Origin: Sneathiellales bacterium
GTDB taxonomy: Bacteria; Pseudomonadota; Alphaproteobacteria; JANQFL01
DNA: 64,000 nt
Direction: 5' to 3'
Assembly (NCBI GenBank): GCA_028277845.1
Contig: JANQFL010000040.1
Location: forward strand, 1 to 64,000
How positions within the stretch are numbered: the stretch's first letter is position 1; each line of letters starts with the position of its first letter. Of this stretch, positions 39,998-49,186 are shown one piece after another. Under the pieces are notes generated by a model. It did not search any database. It had not been told where the DNA came from and was given only the letters and a program-made list of their open reading frames with translations. The position numbers were made by a program, and so were the translations under genes.

Positions 39998-40888
39998 ATG
40001 AGCACAGGTGCCAAAGCCGCGGTTGCCCGTCCCGACACCTTCGACAGCCTCAAGGAACTGATCGCCAAGCGCTATCCGGACTTCCGCGGGCAAATGAAGC
40101 GGATCGCCGAATACGCCATCGAAAACCCCAACGAAATGGCCCTCAAAACCGTCGCCCAAATCGCCGACGACGTCGGTGTGCAGCCGTCCAGCATGGTACG
40201 GTTCGCCAAGGGTTTGGGCTATGAGGGGTTCTCCGACATTCAGTCCGTCTTCCGTACCCGCCTGATGAACGCCCCGGCCGGCCACGTGGAACGCATCCGC
40301 GGCCACCGGCGCGAACACAGGCTGACGGAACACGGGCTGACGGAACACGGGGACACGCCGGATGCGGTGCTGTCCGATTTCGTCGAGCGGGGCATCGAAT
40401 CCCTGGATATGCTGCGCAGCCAAACGGCGCCGGAGAAGATCGCCCGGGCCGTGCGGATCCTGGCCAACGCCAACGATATCTATCTCCTGGCCCAGCGCCG
40501 GGCCTTTCCGGTCGCCTTCTATCTCGGCTACGCCCTGGCGCGGCTCGAACAGCGCAGCATCCTGTTGGACGGTGTCGGCGGTTTGCTGGCCCAGCAGGCG
40601 TCACTGGCAACGCGGCAGGACGCCGTCGTCGCCGTCAGCTTCCGGCCCTACACGCCGACGGTCGTCGACATCGTCACCGAACGCAGCGAAAAGGGCGTGC
40701 CGATCATCTCCATTACCGACAGCGCGCTCAGCCCGCTGGTGCTGGAGAGCACGGTGTCCTTCGAGACGCCGGAGCTGGAAGACAGTGGATTCCGCACGTT
40801 GCTGGCACCCATGTGCCTGGCGCAGGCGCTCGTCGTCAGCCTGGGCCATCAATTGGCGGCGATCGAAAACGGCGGCGGCCAGCCATGA
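39998..40888 (+). CDS. MurR/RpiR-family transcriptional regulator (HTH + SIS domain; IolR-like)
   Basis: N-terminal HTH_6, C-terminal SIS. Contains in-frame LTEHG-LTEHG from a 15-bp tandem repeat at 40322..40351. Confidence 0.8.
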   Translation: MSTGAKAAVARPDTFDSLKELIAKRYPDFRGQMKRIAEYAIENPNEMALKTVAQIADDVGVQPSSMVRFAKGLGYEGFSDIQSVFRTRLMNAPAGHVERIRGHRREHRLTEHGLTEHGDTPDAVLSDFVERGIESLDMLRSQTAPEKIARAVRILANANDIYLLAQRRAFPVAFYLGYALARLEQRSILLDGVGGLLAQQASLATRQDAVVAVSFRPYTPTVVDIVTERSEKGVPIISITDSALSPLVLESTVSFETPELEDSGFRTLLAPMCLAQALVVSLGHQLAAIENGGGQP

Positions 40889-41363
40889 ACACGCGTTCTC
40901 TCGATGTCATATGTCTGGGGCGATCATCGGTCGATCTTTACGGCGAGCAGGTCGGCCGCCGCTTGGAGGACGTCCGGATATTCGCCAGATATGTCGGCGG
41001 CCGCCCGACCAACATCGCCGTCGCCGAACGTGTTTCCGCCGGCTGCATCGCCTCGTCGAAGGCACTGCTGGTCACCGGCACGCATTTTCCAAGCCGGGTG
41101 TGGAGGCGGTCGGCCGGGCGGTGCAACTGGGCAGATTGAGAAAACTTTATGTGGCGTGCCTGGCGATGGACCACGGTTTGCTGACCGAAGTGATCCCGCC
41201 GGAGACCGTGCCGCAGGATCCGTCCACCGTGCCGCAGGATCCGTCCACCGTGACGCGGTCGCCGTCGGCCATCTACGAATCCGGGGTATTTCCCGACTGG
41301 TGGAAGCTGCCGCCGGCGGAAATCGCCGCCCAACGGGCGTCAATTGCAACTATTAATAGTTAA
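40885..41363 (+). pseudogene. Decayed PfkB-family kinase (5-dehydro-2-deoxygluconokinase IolC-like) remnant
   Basis: First frame encodes MNTRSLDVICLGRSSVDLYGEQVG...RYVGGRPTNIAVA (IolC-type N-terminus) and then loses homology and terminates at 41139. Remaining sequence is readable only in other frames. Contains a 21-bp x2 tandem duplication at 41208..41249. ATGA overlap with the rpiR stop. Confidence 0.45.
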
Positions 41364-41404
41364 TATAATATATATTATCCCGTTATATTTGTATTGGTCT
41401 GCAC

Positions 41405-41608
41405 ATGCCGATCGAGGACCTGGTGGAGCGGTTCGGATCCGCCCATGGCGAGGCGTGGTGCAAGGGGTTTGCCGTCGGCCGGACCATATTCTGGGATGCC
41501 GCCGAGACGTGGTTTTCCGGTGTCGTCGACGACGAAGAGGCTGTGCGGCAGTTCGGTGACGTGTTTACCCGGCTGTCACAGACCTGGCCGGCCGCCGAGG
41601 CGACATAA
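41405..41608 (+). CDS. Small ORF (67 aa), possibly another remnant of the decayed gene; function unknown
   Basis: MPIEDLVERFGSAHGEAWCKGFAVGRTIFWDA... Flanked by AT-rich tracts. Weak support. Confidence 0.25.
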   Translation: MPIEDLVERFGSAHGEAWCKGFAVGRTIFWDAAETWFSGVVDDEEAVRQFGDVFTRLSQTWPAAEAT

Positions 41609-41776
41609 CCTGTCCCGGTCCGAGGCCATCACGACCCGCCGGCCCGCCGGCCGCCCATAATCCGACTCCACAAAACTCCATGGCGCCGACCGAACGGCGA
41701 TTCGTGCCGGCTTCGCGTATTGACAACGCCGCCGGCCGGAGTCAGTATGTGCAAATAATAAAACATTGTTTTATAT

Positions 41777-42112
41777 ATGAGACAAGCGATGACGGACGAG
41801 TGGCACGACGTAGGCGCGGACAGCGACGTTTCGGACGAAGACGCCTTTTCCGCGAAGGTGGGCGACACCGAGATCGGCATCTATCGGATCGACGGCACGC
41901 TGTATGCGCTGGAGGACGTGTGCCCCCACGCCTACGCCCTGCTGTCGCAGGGCTTCGTCGACGGCGATCAGGTGGAATGCCCGCTGCACGAGGCCGTCTT
42001 CCACATTCCCTCGGGCAAATGCCTGAAGGAGCCCGCCGACCGGGATCTCAAGACCTACGAAGTCAAAGCCGAGAACGGGCGTCTGTTGGTCCGTGCCTCG
42101 AACGCAGGCTGA
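41777..42112 (+). CDS. Rieske [2Fe-2S] ferredoxin component of an oxygenase system
   Basis: CPH...(17)...CPLH motifs, about 107-111 aa. Alternative start at ATG 41789. Confidence 0.8.
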   Translation: MRQAMTDEWHDVGADSDVSDEDAFSAKVGDTEIGIYRIDGTLYALEDVCPHAYALLSQGFVDGDQVECPLHEAVFHIPSGKCLKEPADRDLKTYEVKAENGRLLVRASNAG

Positions 42113-42125
42113 AGGAGCGACGGCC

Positions 42126-42422
42126 ATGACCCACAACGTGCATCTGAAGCCTTGGAACAAACCCAAACCCAACGAGGTGGCCGGCAAGGGCAATATCGAA
42201 GTGCCGGGCCAGGTGGAAAACATCGTCTGGCAGACCCGGGCCGCGCCGCCGACGGAATATGAAACCCGTCTCGGCGATGCCCTGGAAGTCGCGTTCGACG
42301 AAGGCATCGAGGATCTGGATGGCCTGGTGGCCAAGCTGAACGAAATCGGCGTACAGACCCAGGACGGACAGGCCTGGACCGTGGACGCGTTCACCGCCGA
42401 AATGGCGCGGCTCGGTTACTGA
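42126..42422 (+). CDS. Hypothetical protein (99 aa), conserved-looking, unknown function
   Basis: ATG 13 nt after the ferredoxin stop, with AGGAGCGACGG upstream. GC3-rich. MTHNVHLKPWNKPKPNEV... Confidence 0.4.
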   Translation: MTHNVHLKPWNKPKPNEVAGKGNIEVPGQVENIVWQTRAAPPTEYETRLGDALEVAFDEGIEDLDGLVAKLNEIGVQTQDGQAWTVDAFTAEMARLGY

Positions 42423-42437
42423 GAGACGGACCGCGCC

Positions 42438-43238
42438 GTGCAGCAGCCCCGGATCGAATACAAGGACATCACCAAGCGTTTTATGCAGAACGGCGGTGGC
42501 GAGGGCAGCGCCATCGTCGCCGTCGAGGACGTAACCCTGTCCATCAAGGACAAGGAAGTGGTGTCGCTCATCGGCCCGAGCGGCTGCGGCAAGAGCACGC
42601 TGCTCAATATGGGGTCGGGCCTGTATCCGCCCAGTGAAGGCGAGGTCAAGGTCGACGGCGAACGGGTCAGCGGCCCCAACGACCATGTCGCCTTCATGCT
42701 GCAGAAGGATTTGCTGCTGCCGTGGCGCACCATCCGCCAGAACGTGGAACTGGGACAGGAGATCAAGGGCACGCCCGGCAAGCAGCGCCGGGAGCGGGCC
42801 CGCGAACTGCTGGAGAAATGCCACCTCGGCCAGTTCGCCGATCACTATCCCCATCAACTGTCGGGCGGCATGCGCCAGCGCGCGGCCCTGGCCCGGACTC
42901 TGGCGGTCGATCCCACGGTGCTGCTGATGGACGAGCCGTTTTCAGCCCTGGACGCCCAGACCAAGATGATCCTGCAGCAGGACCTGGCGGAAACCCTGGA
43001 ACGGGAAGGCAAGACGGCGCTGTTCATCACCCACGACCTGGCCGAATCGGTGGCCCTGTCGGACCGCATTCTGGTCATGAGCCAGCGGCCGGGCACCATC
43101 ATCAGCGAAATCGTCGTCGACATCCCCGGCCGGGGCAATCCCATGGAGCGGCGCCACCAGCGCAAGGTGGCCGACTATGTCGGCGAATTGATGGAACTGC
43201 TGCACGTCGGCGATCAGGCCGCCGGAGACGAGATTTAG
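42438..43238 (+). CDS. ABC transporter ATP-binding protein, NitT/TauT (nitrate/sulfonate/taurine) family
   Basis: GTG start. Walker [25 protein letters not shown]. SsuB/TauB-like size (266 aa). Confidence 0.8.
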   Translation: MQQPRIEYKDITKRFMQNGGGEGSAIVAVEDVTLSIKDKEVVSLIGPSGCGKSTLLNMGSGLYPPSEGEVKVDGERVSGPNDHVAFMLQKDLLLPWRTIRQNVELGQEIKGTPGKQRRERARELLEKCHLGQFADHYPHQLSGGMRQRAALARTLAVDPTVLLMDEPFSALDAQTKMILQQDLAETLEREGKTALFITHDLAESVALSDRILVMSQRPGTIISEIVVDIPGRGNPMERRHQRKVADYVGELMELLHVGDQAAGDEI

Positions 43239-43285
43239 ACCCAGGTACGACAGCCAAGACAATCACAACAACACGGGAGGATCCC

Positions 43286-44278
43286 ATGTTCAGACGCAGA
43301 CATCTTTTGAAGACCGTTGCCGCCGCCACTGCCATGGCGACCCTGGCCTGGGCCGCGGCGCCCGAACGCGCGGCCGCGGCCGACGACGTCACCTATCTGC
43401 TGCCGGCTCCGGCATTCCTGCCCGCCTTCGGTCCGTGGATGCTGGCCAAGGCGCGCGGCTACTATGCCGATGAGGGCTTGAATGTCACGTTCCAGTCGGC
43501 CAAGGGCGGCGTCGACGTGGCCAAGCAGGTCGGCGCCGGCAATGCCGTCGTCGGCGGCGCCATCGGCGATACGCCGATCATCGTCCGCGCCAACGGCATC
43601 CCCGTGAAGGCCGTCGCCGTGCTGGGCGGCAAGTCGCTGATGCAGTTGGTCGCCCACCAGAGCACCGGCATCAAGGGCCCGGGCGACCTGAAGGGCAAGA
43701 CCGTCACCACCATGTCCTACCAGGACACCACGTATTATGCCCTGCTCGGCATGCTGGCCTCTGCCGGTTTGAGCAAGAACGACGTCAACGCCCAGGCCGC
43801 CGGCCCGGCCGGCACCTGGAAACTGTTCATCGCCGGCGAGGCCGACGCCATGGCCGCGGTGCCCGACTGGATCGGTATCGCCATGGGCGCCGGCAAGAAA
43901 CTGACCATCATTCCCGCCGACGATCATTTCCGCTCCATGGCCCAGGCCATTCTGGCCTCCGACGACACCATCAAGAACAATCCGGAACTGGTCGGCAAGC
44001 TGGTGCGGGCGACGCTGCGCGGCATGAAGGACATCATGGCCGACCCGGCCGCCGCGGCGAAGGACTATGTCGCCGCCGTACCGCAGCACAAGGGCAAGGA
44101 GAAAGCCATGGAAGGCGTCTTCCGGCTCTACAACAAGTACGTCTATCCCGGCCAGAAGACGGTCGGCGAGATGGACGAAGGCCGGCTGAATGAGCTGCAG
44201 GCGTTTTACGTCAAACAAGGGATCGTCCGGCGGGCGACGCCGCTCGACGACCTGTACACCAACCAGTTCGTCAACTGA
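43286..44278 (+). CDS. ABC transporter substrate-binding protein, NMT1/SsuA/TauA-like, Tat signal
   Basis: MFRRRHLLKTVAAATAMATLAWAA twin-arginine signal. 330 aa. RBS GGGAGG. Confidence 0.75.
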   Translation: MFRRRHLLKTVAAATAMATLAWAAAPERAAAADDVTYLLPAPAFLPAFGPWMLAKARGYYADEGLNVTFQSAKGGVDVAKQVGAGNAVVGGAIGDTPIIVRANGIPVKAVAVLGGKSLMQLVAHQSTGIKGPGDLKGKTVTTMSYQDTTYYALLGMLASAGLSKNDVNAQAAGPAGTWKLFIAGEADAMAAVPDWIGIAMGAGKKLTIIPADDHFRSMAQAILASDDTIKNNPELVGKLVRATLRGMKDIMADPAAAAKDYVAAVPQHKGKEKAMEGVFRLYNKYVYPGQKTVGEMDEGRLNELQAFYVKQGIVRRATPLDDLYTNQFVN

Positions 44279-44308
44279 GCGCAACCAGGCCGGACACGGG
44301 AGGATGAT

Positions 44309-45103
44309 GTGAACGGATCCAGTGGCATGAGCCTGCGCAACGGCGTGATCTCCAGCGCCGTGTTGCTGGTCGTCATTCTGGCCGCCTGGGAATGGGGTCC
44401 CGCCGCCATGGGCGTGCCGGCCTACATCATTCCACCCGTGTCCGACGTGGTGCGCGAATTCATGATCATGCAGGAAACCGAGAAACTGCTGATGCATTCC
44501 AGCATCACGGCGGCCGAAGTGGTGGCCGGCTTCGTTCTCGGATCCCTGCTGGGCATGGTCGTCGGCTACATCCTCGGCATGTCGCCGGCGACCGAGCTGG
44601 TGCTGTCGCCCTATATTCTGGCGTTGCAGATCGCGCCCAAGGTGGCGTTCGCGCCCCTGTTCGTCATGTGGTTCGGCTACACGGTCTACCCCAAGGTGCT
44701 GGTCGCCATCCTGATCGTATTCTTCCCGGTCATGGTCAATGTGCTGACGGCGATCCGCACCGTGGACCCCGACCTCAAGAACCTGGCGCGTTCGTTCCGT
44801 GCCAGCCGCTGGACCATTTTCCGCAAGATCGAGTTCCCCGCCGCCATGCCGCCGCTGTTTTCCGGCCTGCGCATCGGTGCGACGCTGGCGGTCATCGGCG
44901 TGGTCGTGGGCGAGATGGTCGGTGGCAATGCCGGCCTCGGTTACTTGCTGGTGTTCGGCGAGGGATCGGGCAACACCGCCATGGTGTTCGTCTCGATCAT
45001 CCTGCTGACCCTGATCGGCATCGCCGCCTATCTGGCGGTCATCTTCGCCGAGCGCAAAGTGCTTCACTACCTGCCCAAGGACAATGCCGCGCACTCGGTG
45101 TGA
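44309..45103 (+). CDS. ABC transporter permease, NitT/TauT family (SsuC-like)
   Basis: GTG start 5 nt after GGGAGG. 6 TM. EAA-like loop (RSFRASRWTIFRKIEFPAAMP). Confidence 0.8.
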   Translation: MNGSSGMSLRNGVISSAVLLVVILAAWEWGPAAMGVPAYIIPPVSDVVREFMIMQETEKLLMHSSITAAEVVAGFVLGSLLGMVVGYILGMSPATELVLSPYILALQIAPKVAFAPLFVMWFGYTVYPKVLVAILIVFFPVMVNVLTAIRTVDPDLKNLARSFRASRWTIFRKIEFPAAMPPLFSGLRIGATLAVIGVVVGEMVGGNAGLGYLLVFGEGSGNTAMVFVSIILLTLIGIAAYLAVIFAERKVLHYLPKDNAAHSV

Positions 45104-45111
45104 CGCCGGCA

Positions 45112-46155
45112 ATGGAGGACATCATGGCAACCTCGGAAATGGACACGTTGATCGAAGACCGCATCAACAAGGGGCTGAAGAACTACTGGTATCCGGTCCT
45201 GCCCAGTTGGGGCGTGCACGACGCGCCGGTCGGCATCACCCGCCTGTCCGAGAACATCGTGCTGTGGCGCGACGAGGACGGCAAGATCAACGCCATCGAG
45301 GACCGCTGCCCCCATCGCGGCGCCCGCCTGTCGCTGGGCTGGAACCTGGGTGACCGGGTCGCCTGCTGGTACCACGGCGTCGAGGTCGACAAGACCGGCA
45401 CGGTGCGCGACGTGCCCGCCGTCGATAGTTGCCCGCTGGAAGGTCAGGCCTGCCTGCGCGCCTACCCGGCGGAGGAACGGCAAGGCGCCATCTTTCTCTA
45501 TTTCGGCGACGATCCGCAGGCCGAGCCCTGCGACCTGGAACTGCCCGAGGAACTGTCGAGCGACGACTACAGTTCGTTCCTGTGTACGGCGGTGTGGAAG
45601 TGTAACTACCGCTACGCCGTCGATAATGTCATGGACCCCATGCACGGCGCCTATCTGCATGCGGTGTCCCATTCCATGGCGTCGGGCGACAAGACCGCCG
45701 AGATGAAGGCGCGCAAGACCGACACCGGTTTCGTGTTCGAAAAGACAACCCAGGCCGGCGTCAACTTCGACTGGGTCGAGTTCGGCGAGAGCGGCGCCAT
45801 GTGGCTGCGCCTGTCGATCCCCTACCAGAAGAAATACGGTCCCGGCGGCCCGTTCTACATCATCGGCTTCGCCACGCCCATGGACGAGGAGCACACGCGG
45901 GTCTTCTTCTGGCGCGTGCGCAAGGTTCAGGGCTGGCAACGGGACGTCTGGCGCTTTCTTTACCGTGACCGGCTCGAAGGGCTGCACTGGAACGTGCTGG
46001 AGCAGGACCGCATCGTGCTCGAGCAGATGTCGCCCAATGCCCGCGACCATGAGTTTCTGTATCAGCACGACGTTGGCCTCAGCCGCCTGCGCCGTATCCT
46101 GAAGAACAAGGCGCGCGAGCAGGTCGAGGCGCAACTGACCCAGGCAGCCGAGTAG
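45112..46155 (+). CDS. Rieske non-heme iron oxygenase, alpha (catalytic) subunit, phthalate-family type (no beta subunit present)
   Basis: Rieske CPHRGARLS...CWYHG. Mononuclear Fe His motif DPMHGAYLH. Alternative start ATG 45124 (GGAGGA upstream). Confidence 0.8.
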   Translation: MEDIMATSEMDTLIEDRINKGLKNYWYPVLPSWGVHDAPVGITRLSENIVLWRDEDGKINAIEDRCPHRGARLSLGWNLGDRVACWYHGVEVDKTGTVRDVPAVDSCPLEGQACLRAYPAEERQGAIFLYFGDDPQAEPCDLELPEELSSDDYSSFLCTAVWKCNYRYAVDNVMDPMHGAYLHAVSHSMASGDKTAEMKARKTDTGFVFEKTTQAGVNFDWVEFGESGAMWLRLSIPYQKKYGPGGPFYIIGFATPMDEEHTRVFFWRVRKVQGWQRDVWRFLYRDRLEGLHWNVLEQDRIVLEQMSPNARDHEFLYQHDVGLSRLRRILKNKAREQVEAQLTQAAE

Positions 46156-46166
46156 GCGGCAGGGCG

Positions 46167-46931
46167 ATGACGGCTTCGGTTCCATTGAACGGCAGACGCA
46201 TTCTCGTGACCGGCGCGGCGCGCGGGTTGGGGGCGGCGTTCGCCGGTGCCGCGGCCGCGGCCGGCGCCAAGGTGGCGCTGGCCGATATTCTCGAGGACCG
46301 TGGCCGTGAAACCACTGCGGCGATCCGCAATGCCGGCGGTGACGCGGTATTTGTACCGCTCGACCTGGCCGATCCGGCCTCAATCGAGCGCTGTGCCGGC
46401 GCGGCGACCGAGGCAATGGGCGGGCTGGATGGGGTGGTGAACAACGGTGCCATCGCCACCGGCATCGGTGGCAAGACCATGGACGAGATCGACATCGAAA
46501 CCTGGGACCGGGTGATGACGGTGAACATTCGTGGCACCTGGCTCATGACCAAGGCCGCCATCGGCGCGTTGAAGGAGTCGGGTAAGGGGCGGGTCGTCAA
46601 TGTCGCCTCCGACACCGCCCTTTGGGGTGCGCCCAAGCTGATGCACTACGTCGCCAGCAAGGGCGCGGTCATGGCCATGACGCGGGCGATGGCGCGCGAA
46701 CTGGGCAATAACGGTATTGCCGTCAATGCCGTTGCGCCCGGCCTGACCCTGGTCGAGGCCACCGAATACGTGCCCGAGGACCGTCACCGTCACTATGTGG
46801 ACGGCCGGGCCATCAACCGGGCGCAGGAGCCGGACGACGTGGTCGGTCCGGTGTTGTTTCTACTGTCCGACGGGGCCGGTTTCACCACGGGACAGGTGCT
46901 GCCGGTCAACGGCGGCTTCGTTTTCAACTGA
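46167..46931 (+). CDS. SDR-family oxidoreductase
   Basis: TGAARGLG cofactor motif, Y-x3-K (YVASKGAV). 254 aa. Confidence 0.8.
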   Translation: MTASVPLNGRRILVTGAARGLGAAFAGAAAAAGAKVALADILEDRGRETTAAIRNAGGDAVFVPLDLADPASIERCAGAATEAMGGLDGVVNNGAIATGIGGKTMDEIDIETWDRVMTVNIRGTWLMTKAAIGALKESGKGRVVNVASDTALWGAPKLMHYVASKGAVMAMTRAMARELGNNGIAVNAVAPGLTLVEATEYVPEDRHRHYVDGRAINRAQEPDDVVGPVLFLLSDGAGFTTGQVLPVNGGFVFN

Positions 46932-46950
46932 GCATGCAGGGAGAGCACAT

Positions 46951-47508
46951 ATGAGTGCAGCGCCGCAACCGATCGACGACCAATACGAGGACCTGCCGAC
47001 TTGGAGCAAGCCGGAGGGGACATCGCTGGCCGACTGGGTGGAAAGCCGTATCGCCCGCTTCGACACCCGCCGGTATGACTGGGACGCCCTGAAGTTCCAG
47101 GCCGACTACGATCCGAAGTACAAACGCGCCCAGATGCGGTATCTCGGTACCGGCGCCGCCGGCGTGACGTCCGACAGCAACACGGTGCCGTCGGAACACT
47201 TCACCTTCTCGACCATGGTGTTGCCGGCGGGATGCGAAGGCCCCATGCACGTGCACGACGATGTGGAGGAAGTGTTCTTCATGCTGCGCGGCCGCATCAA
47301 GCTCTTCGTGGAGATGGACGGTGAGACCGTGGAAACCGTTCTCAACGAACGGGACCTGGTGTCGGTGCCGCCGAAGCTCTACCGCGGACTGCTCAATATC
47401 GGCCAGGAAGAGGCACTGATGTGCGTCATGCTGGGCACGCCCAAGCCGAAGATCCCGACCTACCCGCCGGATCATCCGCTGGCCGGCATCAAGCGGCCGA
47501 AGAAGTAG
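46951..47508 (+). CDS. Cupin-domain protein
   Basis: PMHVHDDVEEVFFMLRGRIKL cupin motif. Start ATG 46951 after GGGAGAG. 185 aa. Confidence 0.55.
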   Translation: MSAAPQPIDDQYEDLPTWSKPEGTSLADWVESRIARFDTRRYDWDALKFQADYDPKYKRAQMRYLGTGAAGVTSDSNTVPSEHFTFSTMVLPAGCEGPMHVHDDVEEVFFMLRGRIKLFVEMDGETVETVLNERDLVSVPPKLYRGLLNIGQEEALMCVMLGTPKPKIPTYPPDHPLAGIKRPKK

Positions 47509-47537
47509 GCGGGCAATTCGGAGACGGACGTGCATTC

Positions 47538-48371
47538 ATGGACCCGACGGCACAGGACCTGCTCGCGGCCTACCCCGAGGACAGCATCACCGCGGGCGGC
47601 CGCCGCATCAGCTATCGCCAGGCCGGCTCCGGCCGGCCGGTGGTGCTGCTGCACGGCATCGGTTCGGGGTCCGGGTCCTGGGTCCGGCTGCTGCCGATCC
47701 TGGAAGGGCGAAACCGGCTCGTCGCCTGGAACGCGCCGGGTTACGGAACGTCCGAACGCCTCGAACCGTCGCACCCCGAGGCGACGGACTATGCCGCCGC
47801 CTTGGCGGACTTCATCACCGCGCTCGACATCCAGCGGCCCGTTCTGGTCGGCCACTCGTTGGGGGCGCTGATGGCGGCGGCGTACACGATTCGGCACGTG
47901 GAGACGATATCCGGCTTGGTGCTGGGGAGTCCGGCGCAGGGACATGGACACCTGGCGCCCGACGAGCGCGAAAACCGGCTCGCCAGCCGGCTCTACGCCA
48001 TGGCCAAGTACGGTCCCGAAGGCAACGCCGACCGGCGGGCGAACAAGCTGCTGTCGGAGAAAGCCGACCGGATATCCCGCGACCTCGTGCACTGGAACAT
48101 GGCGCGGCTCAATCCCGATGGCTACGCCCAGGCCGCCCGTATGCTGTCGACCGGAACATTGATCGACGATGTGGCGCAGATCGAAACAGACATTCTCGTC
48201 GTCTGCGGATCGGAAGACGCCATCACGCCACCCGATGGGGCCTCCGGAGTCGCCGAAGCCGCGCCGAAGAGTGCATTTCGTCTCATGGACGGTGCCGGGC
48301 ATGCCTGTTATGTCGAGCAGCCGCATGAATTCGCCCGTTTGTTGGGCGGCTATCTGGAAGACCGCTTATGA
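47538..48371 (+). CDS. Alpha/beta hydrolase (meta-cleavage-product hydrolase-like)
   Basis: VVLLHGIGSGSGSW and nucleophile elbow GHSLGA. 277 aa. Stop overlaps iclR start (ATGA). Confidence 0.7.
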   Translation: MDPTAQDLLAAYPEDSITAGGRRISYRQAGSGRPVVLLHGIGSGSGSWVRLLPILEGRNRLVAWNAPGYGTSERLEPSHPEATDYAAALADFITALDIQRPVLVGHSLGALMAAAYTIRHVETISGLVLGSPAQGHGHLAPDERENRLASRLYAMAKYGPEGNADRRANKLLSEKADRISRDLVHWNMARLNPDGYAQAARMLSTGTLIDDVAQIETDILVVCGSEDAITPPDGASGVAEAAPKSAFRLMDGAGHACYVEQPHEFARLLGGYLEDRL

Positions 48372-49186
48372 GTAACGATTTGGACAGCGGGCAGGAACGG
48401 TATCTGGTTCCCGGGTTGGTTCGGGGCATCCGGATACTGCGGTTGTTCCGCAGCGACCGGCCGGTGATTTCCGCACCCGAAATGGCGCAGGAGCTGAACA
48501 TCCCCCGGTCCACCGTGTTCCGCCTGGCCCAGACCCTGGAGTTTCTCGGCTTGCTCGAGAAGGTGGAGCACGGCCAGTCCTACCGCCTCGGTGTCAGCCT
48601 GCTTTCCCTGGGTTTCGAGTTCCTCGCGTCGCTGGACATCGCCGAATTGGGCCGGCCCATCGCCGATGCATTGGCGGACCGCACCGGACTGTCGAGCCAC
48701 GTGGTCATTCGCGACGGCACGGACGTGGTGGTCGTGTACAAGGCGGCCGGCCGTTCGGCGTTTACCGGCGCTCTGACTCCCGGCGCCCGTCTTCCCGCCC
48801 ATGCGACCGTTTTGGGACGGGTAATTTTGGCGGACATGCCGGATGGCGAATTGGATGCGCTTTACGGCGGCAAGGCGCTGGAGGCGTCGAGCGACAAGAC
48901 ACCGGTTCGCTTGGACGATCTGAAAAAGCTTCTGGCGGAAGACCGGACACGTGGCTATGCCGTCAGCGATTCGTTCTTCGAGCAGGGCATTTCCGCCATT
49001 GCCGCACCGGTGCGCGACCATACCGGCCGCGCGATCGGCGCCATCAATACGACCATTCTCGGCGCCGCCGACGCCCGGGAAGACCTGGACGCTCTCATCG
49101 TTCAGGTCTGCGACTCCGCCGATCAGCTTTCACGGTCGTTGAATTTCCGGCCCGACGGCATGGGAGCGCAGCGCCGTGCCGTATGA
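48368..49186 (+). CDS. IclR-family transcriptional regulator
   Basis: N-terminal wHTH (ISAPEMAQELNIPRSTVFRLAQTLE) plus C-terminal IclR effector domain. 272 aa. Confidence 0.8.
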   Translation: MSNDLDSGQERYLVPGLVRGIRILRLFRSDRPVISAPEMAQELNIPRSTVFRLAQTLEFLGLLEKVEHGQSYRLGVSLLSLGFEFLASLDIAELGRPIADALADRTGLSSHVVIRDGTDVVVVYKAAGRSAFTGALTPGARLPAHATVLGRVILADMPDGELDALYGGKALEASSDKTPVRLDDLKKLLAEDRTRGYAVSDSFFEQGISAIAAPVRDHTGRAIGAINTTILGAADAREDLDALIVQVCDSADQLSRSLNFRPDGMGAQRRAV

